Below are positions 53,001-64,000 of a stretch of DNA of 64,000 nucleotides, piece by piece. The stretch is from Pocillopora damicornis (lineage: Eukaryota). The position numbers and the translations under genes are program-made. Numbering within the stretch: position 1 is the first letter of the stretch; each line of letters begins with the position of its first letter. The stretch is from assembly GCF_003704095.1 (NCBI RefSeq), contig NW_020843645.1:62001-126000 (forward strand), read 5' to 3'. The notes beneath the pieces are model-generated. The model saw only the letters and a list, made by a program, of their open reading frames with translations. It made no database searches and was not told the origin of the DNA.

Positions 53001-56000
53001 GGAAACCCAAAAAATAAAAGTTTGTTCATGTACTAGAACATGAAAGAGGTAAAAGCAAACTAAAAGCGAACCAGAATAGTATAGAATGGCAAAGATTGGT
53101 GTGAATGGTAAATGAGACACATCTTGCGGAAAATTTTTCATGATGCACAAACCGAAGCGTAGCTTCTTCAACAATGACCAATTTTTTTTCGTTGTATGTA
53201 AGTAGGAGCTAACTGGCGCAAATGTACTCTCTAGCCAGACTTTTTTGAGTGAAATTTTCAAGGCTTCAGCTATTCTTAGCTCAGAGAGTTGTCTGGCGAC
53301 TGAACTGAGAGATAGAATCTCGTTTCCAACTGAAATGTTTTTTTTTTAATCTGTTTGTGTTGTGGTCGAGAAAATTCAAATTGCATGGTGCAGATACTTG
53401 TGTTCATTCCCTGATTGTATGATTTTCTTCTTCAGGGAATTACTCTCAAACTGAACGAAGAAGGAAGGTGTATTGTCGCCAGAATCATGCACGGAGGAAT
53501 GATCCACAGACAAGGTTTGTGTTTTTTTGAAGTCTACAGCAAATTGCAGCAAAGCTGTAAACAACGCGTTCAAACCGAACCAAAGTAACTCTTGTTATCA
53601 TTGTCGTTAAAGTTTTCATATGACCGCCATGATTTATTTGCCCCCTGCGATAAGATTCTTTTTTTTTTTTAGATTGTGACTGTAATAAACGTGTTCTAGA
53701 TTAAAATTTAAAACACAAAGGCCTGTAGCCTACGTGTAGCTGTACCCTCCCTCGCGAGGTGAAACCTTCCGTTTCACCTTGGTGGGGGGCGGGTGTGGCT
53801 ACACGCAGGTTAAAAGTCCAGTGATATATAGCTCAACAAAGCGTTTGCTAAAACTTGACTTTTCGTATGCCAGGCAATGTAGACATCCGAAATAAACCGT
53901 TACGTTAATTAATATTTCATTCTATATTTTCGTCTGGTTGTCGAAAGTTTGAAACATTACCGTTTGGCGTAAATGAACAGGTACAGCCACAGTTGATGAT
54001 GTTTCCTTTTAATTTTGAAGGCTCAATGCGCATGCTTGAAATGATTTGCTTCTCTAACGTTAGGAAAATAACAATCTGGGTGACACTAGATCTTTTTCCT
54101 GGTGTCAGGTTAATAATATGAAGGGAATTATGGGCTGCCCTCGGGTCACCCGCTTACTTCTGCGGGAAGCCTGTGTTGTAGGAAGCAGCCTCCTCCAAAA
54201 TCCTTCCCCTCAAATTGGAAACAAGACAATCACTTAAGTGTACGAGACTTGCTTCAACCATCTGGAGAGTGAACCGTTGTTTATTAGACACATTTTCTAC
54301 TGTCCTTCATCGATAAATTTACTCGCAAAACAGTTCTTTTTAATGGCGAATTCTTTGTTTCCCTATGTAGGCACACTTCACCCAGGAGATGAAATTCGCG
54401 AAATCAATGGAGTTAACGTGGCAGAGAAGTCAGTCGAAAACCTACAAGCTATTTTGGTGAGTTATACAATAATCACCATACCCCAGAGTGTTTGTGACTC
54501 TTCACACCCAGAGATCTGGACGCATTTTCTCCTCACATTACTTGTAGAACTTACAGGGAGAATTTATTGCACAATCTAGCGATCATTTCTTTATTCTCGT
54601 GACCATGACGTTTGATTCAGCAATACCACTATAAGGAGAACTTAGCTGTTGATCGATGTAAGGGTTTAGGGACCAAAGCTTTACTGTGAAACTGACAAAA
54701 GACGATTTTCTTTCGTCTTCATCTCTCAGCGTCAAGCGAGTGGAAATGTCACGTTCAAGATTGTGCCAAGCTCAAGGAATTTAAACCAAGTCTCTGAAGT
54801 AAGTGTGCCGTGGAAAAGATCTATGAAGAATGGAACAAAATATTTTTAGTCCGTTGTAAATGCATGATGTTTATGTCACTAGAACAGTGCCTTTCATGCG
54901 ACGTCGATCGTTTCACGTAAACTCAGGGTTGAAAATTCGTGCATAAGAATATTTTTCAGTAAAAAACCATACAAAATGATGAAAAATAAAAAAAGAAACA
55001 AATACTTCAATGCGATGAACCTTTATTACGCTAGCTGAAAATTAACTACAGAGGTTTAGTTGTGAAGCATAATAAGTTCTCGACTTTGCTTGATATGCGG
55101 CTTACTTACATACCGCTGCTGTTTGCAGGTGTTTGTGCGGGCGCTGTTTGATTACGACCCTCGTGGGGATGACCTGATTCCGTGCCAACAGGCCGGGTTA
55201 ACCTTTGCTTGTGGGGATATTATCCAAGTCGTAAGTAAAACTGACCCCTACTGGTGGCAGGCAGTCAAGGCTGACGATAAGACCGGATTCGCAGGACTCG
55301 CTCCGTCGCCCGAGCTACAAGAGTGGTTAGTATTTCGGGAGATTTGAGTAGTTTGTCCAAGAGTTAGTTACCGTCGTATGATGATTCCATTATCACGTCT
55401 GTGATGTTATTATATGACCAATGAGGCTCTGCACGTTTTTGTGTTCCCGTATGAGGAGCGTATGCGATAGCGTGAGCAGCACCATACAACGCCGTACGGC
55501 CCTGCGAGTTGCGAACTAAAAGAAAAAGGGAAGAAAAAGAGGAAACGATGGTCATATGATAAATGCCTATACTGGCTGAGTTAGGTCGGGTGAAAAGTGA
55601 AAATATTTTGCTCTCGGTCATGACTCAGACCACGTGTTGCTCGGTACGTATGTCGAGCCAAGTATTTTCCCTTCAGGCCCTCCCGGCCCTCCCACTCAGT
55701 CAGTAGGATATACTACCAAATAATTGGAAGCCGTATAACTTAATATCGCTTGAAATTGAACTGAAATCACTCATAAACTAATGCAAGATAGAAAGAAAAT
55801 GATGAAGAACAGGTGGCGTAGGCAGTATTCTTTACAGGGCATCTTACACAAGCGGATGTCAGAAAACCCACAGTATATTTGAAAGAAATAGGGTATGCTT
55901 GTGAACATTTCAAGAAATAGAAAAAAAAAGAGTAAAACATAGGAACAAACTTTTCGGAGTAGTTTCTTTGAAGTGTTCTTTAGAAAAAAAGAAGTGTTGA

Positions 56001-59000
56001 AACTTACTTGCGGGAAGGATGAACAAGGTGAAACCTGCGTCTAAACCGTAGTGCCTCATGTTGATCTTCCATTTAATTTTTGGCAGGAGAGTGTCGAGTT
56101 TAGCAGCGGAGAAAGCCAGGAAGCAGAATGGCGGTAAGAATGTGTTTTTTGGATTTATTCAATTAACGGCCTGGATCACGATCTGAAATTAGTACCTCAG
56201 AAGTGGGAAAGGGTATAATGAAGGAAAGATGTCATAGTTAATTCATAGCGCTGCAAATTATAGCTCAGGTGTAGTTATAATTTGAAGAGTGAGGAGTTCG
56301 CCCGGCGCTCCTTGCGATTACTGTATTGTTTTTGCCAAACTTAGACCGTTTTCTTTCATCCAGTCTCTCTCTTGGGTTTTGTCGCTGTTGCTCTTGATTT
56401 TCTTGCTTTTTCTCAGCTATTATTATTATTTTTGATATTCATATTATTTGTATAATTTGTCTTAATCGTTATGATGGAGAGTATCATCATTATTGTTGAT
56501 GCATTTTTTGTTATTATAATAATTATCTTTATCTTTGAATGACATATGTTTTTCTTTCCTTCAGCAACTTGTATATGGTTTAACAAGAAAAAGAAAAGCA
56601 GTCGTGATAAGTATGTGGCTAAACACAATGCAGGTGAGCGCTAGTGTGCGTTTTACTGGCATGAATTGATTTATTTTTCGGATTGAACAATCAGTGATGC
56701 AATTATTTTTCTCTTTTCTCTTAGTTTTCGATCAGCTTGATCTTGTTACTTATGAGGAAGTTATCAGGCTGGATTACTTTAAACGAAAGGCACTTGTACT
56801 TCTCGGTAAGAATAGATAAACCATTTCCGAGATCTTCGCTGCATCTTCTTCAAAACGACCTAGAAAGCAAAACCTCTGATCTGAAAATGATATTTCACCC
56901 TCGCGCAAATGCGACTCATTTCACAGCAAAGGTTTTGCAAGTAGCTTCATTTTCTAAGTGAGGGTTTTTGGAACTTGGAAATGACCGATTGAATTCCCAA
57001 GATAGCTTTAATCATTTCTTCGCGCTGTGGTCCAATTGAAAAGCCCGGGTATTGGGTTATTAGTAAAACACGAGAGTAAGGATGAGCATATTGTTCATGA
57101 ATGGTCTTGGGCGTGCAGGAAGATTCCTCCATATCATTCCGAAATCCTGCTTTCAGGCGTGTGGTATGGTGTTTTTTCCTTCACATGTTATGATTTCGTG
57201 AAGAAATAAGCAAAATTTGAAGTGCAGAGTTTACGTTTAGAGAAAACGCCTCTACCCGCTCTGGAGAAGCTGCTCACCAAATACTGCCATTAATAGCTTT
57301 ATCTCGAACCCAGTGTAATTTTGGCTCCATGTCAGCGGTGCGGTTGCTAAGAGACGCCTTTAAAGATCATTGAAAATGTCTTATGCGACTGAGGCTTCTG
57401 TGTAATCATTGACAAAACAGTGCTGAATGCGTGATATGGCTAAGAAGCGTGCTTGATCCAGCGGTGATGATCGCTGGCTCTTATACTTTAGTTTAGTGGA
57501 ACTGATACTATTTACTCTGTTAATGATTACTCTGTTCACACAATGGCCTTTTTTTTCAGGGGCTCATGGCGTTGGAAGGAGACATATTAAAAATACATTG
57601 ATCAATAAATTTCCCGAAAGATTTTCTTATCCTATTCCACGTAAGTAAACGGTTATTGTCTTCGCCATTGGTGGATCATATTAACTTCACTAAAATTCCG
57701 TTTTTAGTATGAAGCTGAAAACATTTTAGGGACAAAGTTTTTGTAACAAATCCGCAAACAAGGCATGAGTAAACTTCATTCGCATACATTCAGGTTCCTG
57801 AAAAAGTAAACGTTGTGATCGAGACGAGGAACTATGAAGCTTGTGAGACTCGGTGAAATATTTTCTGCTGTTTCTTTTAAAGATACGACAAGAGAGCCAA
57901 AAGAAGGAGAAGAGGATGGAAAAAATTACTTCTTTGTTTCTGCCGAGGATATGTTAATGGACATAGAGGCCAACAAATACCTGGAATACGGGACGCACCA
58001 AGGCGCCATGTACGGCACCAAGCTCGACACGATAAGGGACAACCTTAATCAGGGTCTCACAGCAATTCTCGACGTGGAACCTCAGGTAAATCAGGGCCCT
58101 TTTAGACAGGCCGTTAAGATTATGTCCTTCAGCGCTGAGGCATATGAACTGTAATCATCTTGGTGTTACTTGGGGAAGTAAACTGAATTAGATCTACATC
58201 ATCCAAACAATACCGCTTTTTTTTCACCCCTTTCAAGTTCATTTTCCAATAAATGCAGTTTACGTGACATGTTAAGTGTCTACATTCGCACGACCAGCCT
58301 TCTCATTTTTGTCACGAGGTAGTTCCGAGAATTAGATGCCACATGAACCGGTTTGTTACCACGGCTTTCTAATTTTGCTTTTTTCTATCAGGCGCTGAAG
58401 GTTCTTCGGACCACAGAATTCTCTCCTTACGTCGTGTTCATCTCCGCACCAACCATCATTGGAAACGACAACACGAGAAACCCACCCATGCCAAACGGAG
58501 ATGTTGCTGTAAGTCTGAATAGTGAAGTTTATCGTGCCTCTTCTGATATTCTCGAGTGATTCTGAAAGATTTTGATAATATAATTCATTTTTATTCTCAA
58601 GTTTTTAGTATTATATTCGCAATCGAAAAATCTTGTCGGTAGCAATTCGGCGATAATTTGGTTCTAACAACTGAGTGGGTAACGTATTTGGCCACCGTAA
58701 AGAGATACAAATTTTTCAAAAACTTGCATGAGTCAAGTCATGGTCAGGCTCTAACGAAATGTACCCAGCCCTTCTCTTTCCAGTACTTGGACCCATTCCT
58801 ACCTCGCCAGTCGTTAGTTAACGTAACCTACTCAGTTGACCAGCACTGTTTGCTTAATTTAATATTTATAATTTTGTTTAATTATTATTTTTTTCCTCCC
58901 TCGATAGGACGAAAGTCTTCAGAGGCTTGCCAAAGAGTCGGACGCACTTCGCCAGACGTACGGGCACTTGTTTGACCTTACAATCGTTAATAATGATATC

Positions 59001-59084
59001 GACGACACGATTCGCCTCCTGGAGGACGCCCTCGAGCGATTGCACAAAACGTCACAGTGGGTGCCAGTGTCGTGGGTGTATTAA
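38078..59084 (+). CDS. CASK: Peripheral plasma membrane protein CASK (MAGUK: CaMK-L27-L27-PDZ-SH3-HOOK-GK), 29 coding exons, 897 aa
   Basis: Exons, all GT-AG with continuous phase: 38078-38127, 38341-38453, 39067-39117, 41116-41170, 41565-41642, 42316-42388, 43069-43171, 43743-43826, 44819-44910, 45125-45247, 45788-45868, 46769-46808, 46925-46953, 47184-47226, 47533-47654, 49076-49162, 51470-51553, 52743-52922, 53436-53514, 54371-54456, 54730-54798, 55129-55325, 56087-56133, 56565-56633, 56725-56805, 57560-57640, 57883-58085, 58392-58508, 58908-59084 (2694 nt including TAA). Diagnostic CASK motifs: [51 protein letters not shown]...[51 protein letters not shown], and C-terminal QWVPVSWVY*. Confidence 0.97.
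40039..40250 (+). mobile_element. piggyBac-like MITE (TTAA target, CCCTTT termini) in CASK intron 3
   Basis: Perfect 18-bp inverted ends including the TTAA: TTAACCCTTTAACTCCCA ... TGGGAGTTAAAGGGTTAA. About 210 bp with no ORF. Confidence 0.8.
41664..41762. repeat. Degenerate (GAT/AAT)n microsatellite
   Basis: gataatgatgatgaggatggtaataatgatgatg... Confidence 0.75.
41899..42046. mobile_element. Foldback MITE in CASK intron 5
   Basis: Imperfect TIRs CTGGCTCCAGTTGTTC / GAACAACCAGGCCCAG with internal GGATA/TATCC repeats. Confidence 0.6.
42316..43171 (+). CDS. CASK: CASK exons 6-7: kinase catalytic loop (HRDLKPHN) and DFG motif
   Basis: 42316-42388 gives [24 protein letters not shown]; 43069-43171 gives [34 protein letters not shown]. 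Confidence 0.95.
43554..43568. other. Assembly gap (15 N) in CASK intron 7
   Basis: Run of n between C and A homopolymers. Confidence 1.
52743..54798 (+). CDS. CASK: CASK exons 18-21: PDZ domain
   Basis: [15 protein letters not shown]|[26 protein letters not shown]|[14 protein letters not shown]...|[14 protein letters not shown]. Confidence 0.95.
53726..53812. mobile_element. Short foldback element
   Basis: TAGCCTACGTGTAGC ... GCTACACGCAGGTTA ends and an internal AGGTGAAAC/GTTTCACCT stem. Confidence 0.55.
54500..54668 (-). mobile_element. Decayed copy of the piggyBac-like MITE family, reverse orientation
   Basis: Reverse-complement blocks GGAGAATTT, GATCATTTCTTTATTCTCGTGACC, AAGGAGAA and AAGGGTTTA. 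Confidence 0.5.
55129..55325 (+). CDS. CASK: CASK exon 22: SH3 domain
   Basis: [43 protein letters not shown]...PSPELQEW. Confidence 0.95.
55558..55713. repeat. Interspersed repeat related to the 3' part of 26520-26847
   Basis: Shares the CTCGGTC and GGCCCTCCCACTCAGTCAGTAGG blocks; imperfect foldback. Confidence 0.4.
56418..56535. repeat. Degenerate (ATT)n low-complexity tract
   Basis: tattattattatt...atcatcattattgttg...ttattataataattatc. Confidence 0.65.
56725..59084 (+). CDS. CASK: CASK exons 25-29: guanylate kinase-like domain
   Basis: [79 protein letters not shown]. Confidence 0.95.
56811..56990. mobile_element. MITE-like repeat in CASK intron 25
   Basis: Imperfect inverted ends CCATTTCCGAGATC / GAACTTGGAAATGA. 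Confidence 0.45.
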
Positions 59085-59227
59085 CTCCATCCTACCCCTC
59101 GCAAGGATCACGAACGACATGAGTCAAGTTATGGTCAGGCTCTAACGAAATGTACCCAGCCCTTCTCTTTCCAGTACTTGGACCCATTCCTACCTCGCCA
59201 GTCGTTAGTTAACGTAACCTACTCAGT
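58727..59227 (+). repeat. 110-bp direct duplication (58727-58836 and 59118-59227) bracketing the last CASK coding exon
   Basis: CATGAGTCAAGT(C/T)ATGGTCAGGCTCTAACG...GTAACCTACTCAGT; 109 of 110 identical by eye. Confidence 0.95.
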
Positions 59228-61089
59228 CATTCATAGTATTCATACCGTATACATCTCCTAGTAAGGGAATGGAGCTTTTGGTGTTCGATGCCTAGTTTCC
59301 CTATAATCCATTCAGAATCAATTCTTAAGTCATCAGGAAACGCCAATATCACTCGGAGTTTTGCGAGAGAGAAAAGGCGGGAAAATTTCTACACCATCGT
59401 GCAGGGTTGGTTCCGTAAGAAATGATTAAAATTAGATGTAGTCTAGGCATAATTGCAGGGGTAGGTAGGCCTCAGAGAGTGTGGTTTACCATGCACAATT
59501 AGGAAGAAACAATTGTCCCAAAGCTTGGGATTTTTCTACTAATTTTTACTACTTTCAAGCTAGTTTCTTAATAGTTGCTCTGTAGAATTTTACGTTAATG
59601 CACGTGCTACCTTTATTACGCGGAATCGGATAATGATCATCTCAACCTTCGAGGCTCGTTTGAACGCCACTAAGTGTTTGGTGTCCAGGGGGTTGCCTTA
59701 GGAAATGAGTCTGTTTCTTGTTCCCAAACTTTGGTTGTGAGCAGCGGTGTTTTGTTTCAGTGCGCCTGAGTATTGGGTCAGTTTGATTAACCTTTAAATA
59801 AAAAACCTTTTGTTTGGTTGCATGTGGCTTAACCCGTGAAAAGCAGCCCTTTTGACCTAAGGAAATTAAATGCAACGGAAAAAAAGTAATATAAATAGTA
59901 ACGAGAGCCTTTTGAAAGGGGCTGCAGTTACTTACTTTTAAACGTAATGAAATTTTCTTTTCTGTATAACTACTCAAGGTAAATTGTTTATTGATATCTT
60001 AAAGAAATCCGAGTTTTCGAAGAATGGAAGTGGAATGGACGTGGAATCCAGGCTGTAGATTGGCGCGATCTTCCTTGTATATTCGATGTCAAAGGCAATG
60101 CAGATCGGTATAACTTTTGAATGTGCTTGAGCTCTTTTTGATTGCAAAGACCAAAGATATCAAGTTTAGTTTTATTCTTTCTAATATATGGTGAAAAGTG
60201 AATTTTTGAAATCGATTCAATAACTGATTGTTTGCGCCTCGTTTTAAAAGTATTCTTTTGCTTTGAGAACGACAACTCAATGATTTTGTTTTGTTTTGTT
60301 TTTGTTATTTTAATTCCCATAAATATATATATATTTAAGAGAGAAATGTCTCTATGTTATGTATTCATAGCTTGTTTTCCATTTTTTAATTTCAATCGGT
60401 ATGTAAAATGCAATCCCTAATTTATTTATCACAATAACTTAATTAATGCTCCCCAGTGACCGCTCAAATAAATCAGACGCAAACATGCAGGTTATTGTGA
60501 AAAATTCAGTAAAGTAATCTTAAATTTTAAATTAAACTGAAGTAGCTCATATAGTGATGTTATCGGCTTTTTGCATTTTGTTGTATGTGGTTTGATGTTG
60601 AGGCTTGAAAAAGCAATTGGGGGGCTCCTCATTTGAACTGATCATGTAGGTTGATACAGGGATACAATTTGACTGAAAAGATTAAGACTACAGCTCGAGA
60701 TAATTTTCCATCAAGGCATATGTCACGTAATTGAGGGTATAACGAATCTTTGTCGTTTGTTGAAAGCTCAATTTCCGACTTTTCAGTCGTCGAGGTATTA
60801 TCTTATCTTCATTGTAGATGTGAATTATGAAAATTTGTACAAAGATTTGCCTTAAGACAATGGAATGGGATAATTTCATGCCTTTTGTTTTACTGTCGAA
60901 ATACACAAGCGGCTAAGGTGTGTATAACGTCAAAAATGTAAAATTGAAAGAAACTGAATCGTGATGGAAGATGAGCACACGTATTTGTAATGCATTCTCG
61001 TTTTATATGTAAAGAGATCGCTGTACATTAAAGTATGTGAAACTTGAGGAGTGTGGCAGTCTTTTTCCTCTTTGAACTTCTCTTTTGCC

Positions 61090-61301
61090 TTAAGCCTTCC
61101 CCCCCCTAACATCAGTATCCATATTCTCCATACTATTCATTATACATCTCTTAAGGTGCTGACAAAGAGAATTTGTTTAATAATCAAGAGTTGTTTTAGT
61201 TGTGAACAATTTCTCTATTCTTATGACCTTCATGTTTGAATCAGGGGTGATATTGTAAAGAGAAATTAGATGCTAGTCACTCTTTGGGGTTGAAGGGTTA
61301 A
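61090..61301 (-). mobile_element. piggyBac-like MITE, reverse orientation
   Basis: CCCTAACATCAGTATCCATATTCTCCATACT...GAGAAATTAGATGCTAGTCACTCTTTGGGGTTGAAGGGTTAA, the reverse complement of the 31247/61657 type. Confidence 0.75.
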
Positions 61302-61656
61302 AAATCTAAGTGGGGATTGTTTATAGCGAAGACGAGAATTTCTTAAAAACTTTGTGAATGCAACAGTTATATCCTTTGATTTGGTCACGCAACTGGCTCT
61401 CTCCCCCACAAATGTGAAAACGCCGAGAAAATTCACGCGGGGAACCTACGTGTCTAACATTGTATGGGTACGCGATTGGCTCTAGAAAACAAACGGCGAG
61501 GTCTGATTTGTGCAGTGCCTCATTATTAAGTAAGACCACCATGCACTCAAAACAAAGGGAGACTAATGTCGTTCCGATAGAAGCAGCTGATGGCAAGGGA
61601 ACGTGTGTTTCGGGACGAGATCAAACACTGGCTGCGAAGGAACTATGTAACAAGCG

Positions 61657-61853
61657 TTAAACCTTTTGACCCCAAGAGTGACTGACAACTAATTTCTCCT
61701 TGCAATTTCACCTCTGAATCACACTTAAAGACACCACCCTCTAGAGAATATATATCTTGATTGTTAAACAAATTCTCCTTGTCAGCACCTCTAAAAAGGT
61801 ATAGAGAACAGTATGGAGAATATGCGTACCGATGTTAAGGCGTAAAGGGTTAA
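61657..61853 (+). mobile_element. piggyBac-like MITE
   Basis: TTAAACCTTTTGACCCCAAGAGTGA...CTAATTTCTCC...GATGTTAAGGCGTAAAGGGTTAA. Confidence 0.75.
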
Positions 61854-62546
61854 GGAGTTGAATTGGTGCGGTAGATCACATGACCTAAACCTGTTCTTAA
61901 AACTCTCAGTTTCCTTTTCGTGCTTGCTGCGGTAGTAAATTGGAAGTGTATATCAGTATTGCTTTGTTGCCCGTCTGTTTACAGTAGAAAATGAGCTTTT
62001 AATAGATCACAGTGCCTTTAATATCTCATCTAGATATACGACTCCATTTATAATTGTTACTAACGGTCAACCTTTCTTTTTTGAGAGAGCAGAGAAATTT
62101 GATTTCATCCTTCGGTATACGAACCTATTACCTCAAAAGACTAGAGGGGCGAGGAAAAAAACAATGAGAATTCAGCGTAAGATTTGGGTAAATTCTAACA
62201 TCATACCTTTTGTGCTGACTAAATTGCAATTCCCTTTCTCGTAAGGTAAAATAAAGGTGCAGCGTGACCTTGAAGTCGCCCTTTCTGATCGAGTGAACCA
62301 TGCCCGCGCGCTTTTACTTGAGATTGCCAAAGACGCGCAAACGTATTACAACTGTCGAACATAGCTATAGAATCTATGGAATCTGAAACAGACAGGAAAC
62401 AATAATAATATGGAAGGATGTCATTATTTCCGTGCAAAACTCAGCATCTTGATTACACAAGTGCCTTGAAATTTGCAATAACGAAATTTCCTTCCGTGAT
62501 CTTTTAAGCTCTGATTCAGAGATTGTCAAGTCGATACATATGATAG

Positions 62547-62590
62547 CCAATGAAATCGTTTATCAGATTGGAAGCTCATTAGTATATAAA
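62547..62590 (+). promoter_or_regulatory. CCAAT, inverted CCAAT and TATA core promoter
   Basis: CCAAT at 62547-62551, ATTGG at 62567-62571, TATATAAA at 62583-62590, upstream of the ATG at 62722. Confidence 0.5.
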
Positions 62591-62721
62591 GGACAGTGCA
62601 CACTGAACCTAACCGTCCAAGGTATATCCAGCCGTATAACCATGACAACGCGCGCTTGAAAAAGAGCGGAAACTATCTGAAACGATATGCTTGTTTCCTT
62701 GCAAGGATCATATACAACAGC

Positions 62722-63107
62722 ATGTCAACAGACGGTATAAAAGGCCATTTTTGGCGCATAAGGTTCAATTGCTGAAGCACTGAGAGCAGTTAAGTCTGTG
62801 GAGCATTACTCCTCTGGGGTCACGATACGCTAACTGACAATGGTTGGACTACTTCGCTGATTTTTTCCCTAGACCATCAGAAACAAATTAGCACGTTTTG
62901 TTTTCGCGAAAAGGTAACTTTGAAAATGGCTTTGTCGAACCTCTAAAGGTTTTTTTTTTATGTAGAGAATGATAAAATTGGGTTCGATCGGTTCGAAGGA
63001 GAATTTCCTATAAATATTTATTTTCTTGTAGGATTTCCGTTGGGGACCTTTTATCCTTCTTCTGTTGGCTTTGGGTTTCGCTGTTTGGGATGTTTCCGCG
63101 GGTCAAG
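62722..63107 (+). CDS. Probable 5' end of an unidentified gene encoding a signal-peptide or signal-anchor protein (continues beyond the called exons)
   Basis: Three phase-compatible GT-AG exons (62722-62734, 62873-62913, 63032-63107) give MSTDDHQKQISTFCFREKDFRWGPFILLLLALGFAVWDVSAGQ-, which has a hydrophobic core and a VSA-G type cleavage site. TATA and CCAAT boxes lie just upstream. Confidence 0.5.
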
Positions 63108-63861
63108 GTAACTTATGATTGTAATAAGATAACTAGTTCCCTGATAAATCGGTGTCTATAGCGCAGGCTGTTTTTCCTGTGACCTTGAAACTGGGATGTT
63201 TTTCAGTGATACGATCTCCTTCATTGAGCTGCGAGCAAAGGTGTTTAGCATACTTTTTTAAATTCAATTTATGTGATTAACAAGTGCTGGTCCCACGTGA
63301 TCTTGCAAGGAAGCCCCATTTTCGTTACTTCGTGCATTTCTGGACATTACTGAATGAAGCTGTTATATTCTCGACCCACAAAGCAGCCACCCACCTTCCT
63401 TAAGAACACCCTCGGGACACCTTTTGTGCTGCAACTTCCCACTCGTGTGACATGCTCCACCTATCTTGTGGACACCTTTTATTGTTGGGCCATTTTATAT
63501 ACATTTGAGACCTTCCATCTGCACCTACAGAAAACTTAACTGCATGAAACTGATGAAAGGAGTTGTTCTGCTCGACAGTGAAGAGAAACTACCGCACTTT
63601 GTGTGGAGACCCTGTGGATGAGTTTGTAGAATTAGCGCTGTTGACCTGAAAACAAATATGCAACGCAAACCTTAGTTTGACTCTTTGCGGATTATTTCTC
63701 TAATTTTGAATATTTTTATAGCTAACAATTATCCCAAAAGCCCCGTAGATTTGAGAGATCAAATGGCCATTGGGCGCGTAAATTAACATGATTTAAAATT
63801 TCCGCGGATGCTCCACAGCTCTCTCTTACGCGCAAGTCCTAATCATCGACTTATAAAATAC

Positions 63862-64000
63862 GACCGCCGCCTGGTTAGCTCAATTGGGAGAGCGCCGGAC
63901 TGCTGTGTGGGAGGTCGAGAGTTCAATACCGGCCGGACCAACACTCAGGGTCTTAAAATTAACTGAGAAGAATATGCTTCCTTTCTCAACATCAAGAAAT
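63862..64000 (+). mobile_element. tRNA-derived SINE, truncated by the window end
   Basis: A box TAGCTCAATTGG at 63876-63887 and B-box variant AGTTCAATACC at 63920-63930. The cloverleaf is imperfect and is followed by a non-tRNA body (ACCAACACTCAGGGTCTTAAAA...). Confidence 0.7.

Noticed and set aside
18596-59084. Apparent synteny with the human USP9X-CASK neighbourhood
   Set aside because: The deubiquitinase here has USP25/28 architecture (UBA-SIM-UIM, PAPRH insertion), a different subfamily from USP9X.
63862-63945. Possible tRNA gene
   Set aside because: Acceptor and anticodon stems are poor, the B box is degenerate, and it runs into a SINE-like body.

Overview
Eukaryotic, AT-rich, intron-rich animal DNA. 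The interspersed repeats resemble families I recall from anthozoan (stony coral) genomes; this taxon call is inference. Two complete multi-exon genes sit head-to-head, with start codons about 1.67 kb apart. On the minus strand is a USP25/USP28-family deubiquitinase (36412->18596; 24 exons with consistent phases, 1013 aa, plus two candidate coupled micro-exons). On the plus strand is CASK (38078->59084; 29 exons, 897 aa; CaMK-L27-L27-PDZ-SH3-GK), whose kinase domain keeps the Mg2+-binding Asn and the DFG motif that vertebrate CASK has lost. A third gene with a hydrophobic N-terminus probably starts at about 62.7 kb. The first 18 kb has no recognisable protein domain, only repeats and possible alternative first exons of a leftward gene. 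Small non-autonomous elements are scattered throughout: piggyBac-, hAT- and Tc1-like MITEs, tRNA-derived SINEs, a Helentron/HINE-like element carrying a tRNA-like cassette, and decayed hammerhead/Penelope-type repeats. I found no prokaryote-style system (CRISPR, operon or defence island). All exon calls were read by eye from GT-AG sites and frame continuity, not from transcript data.
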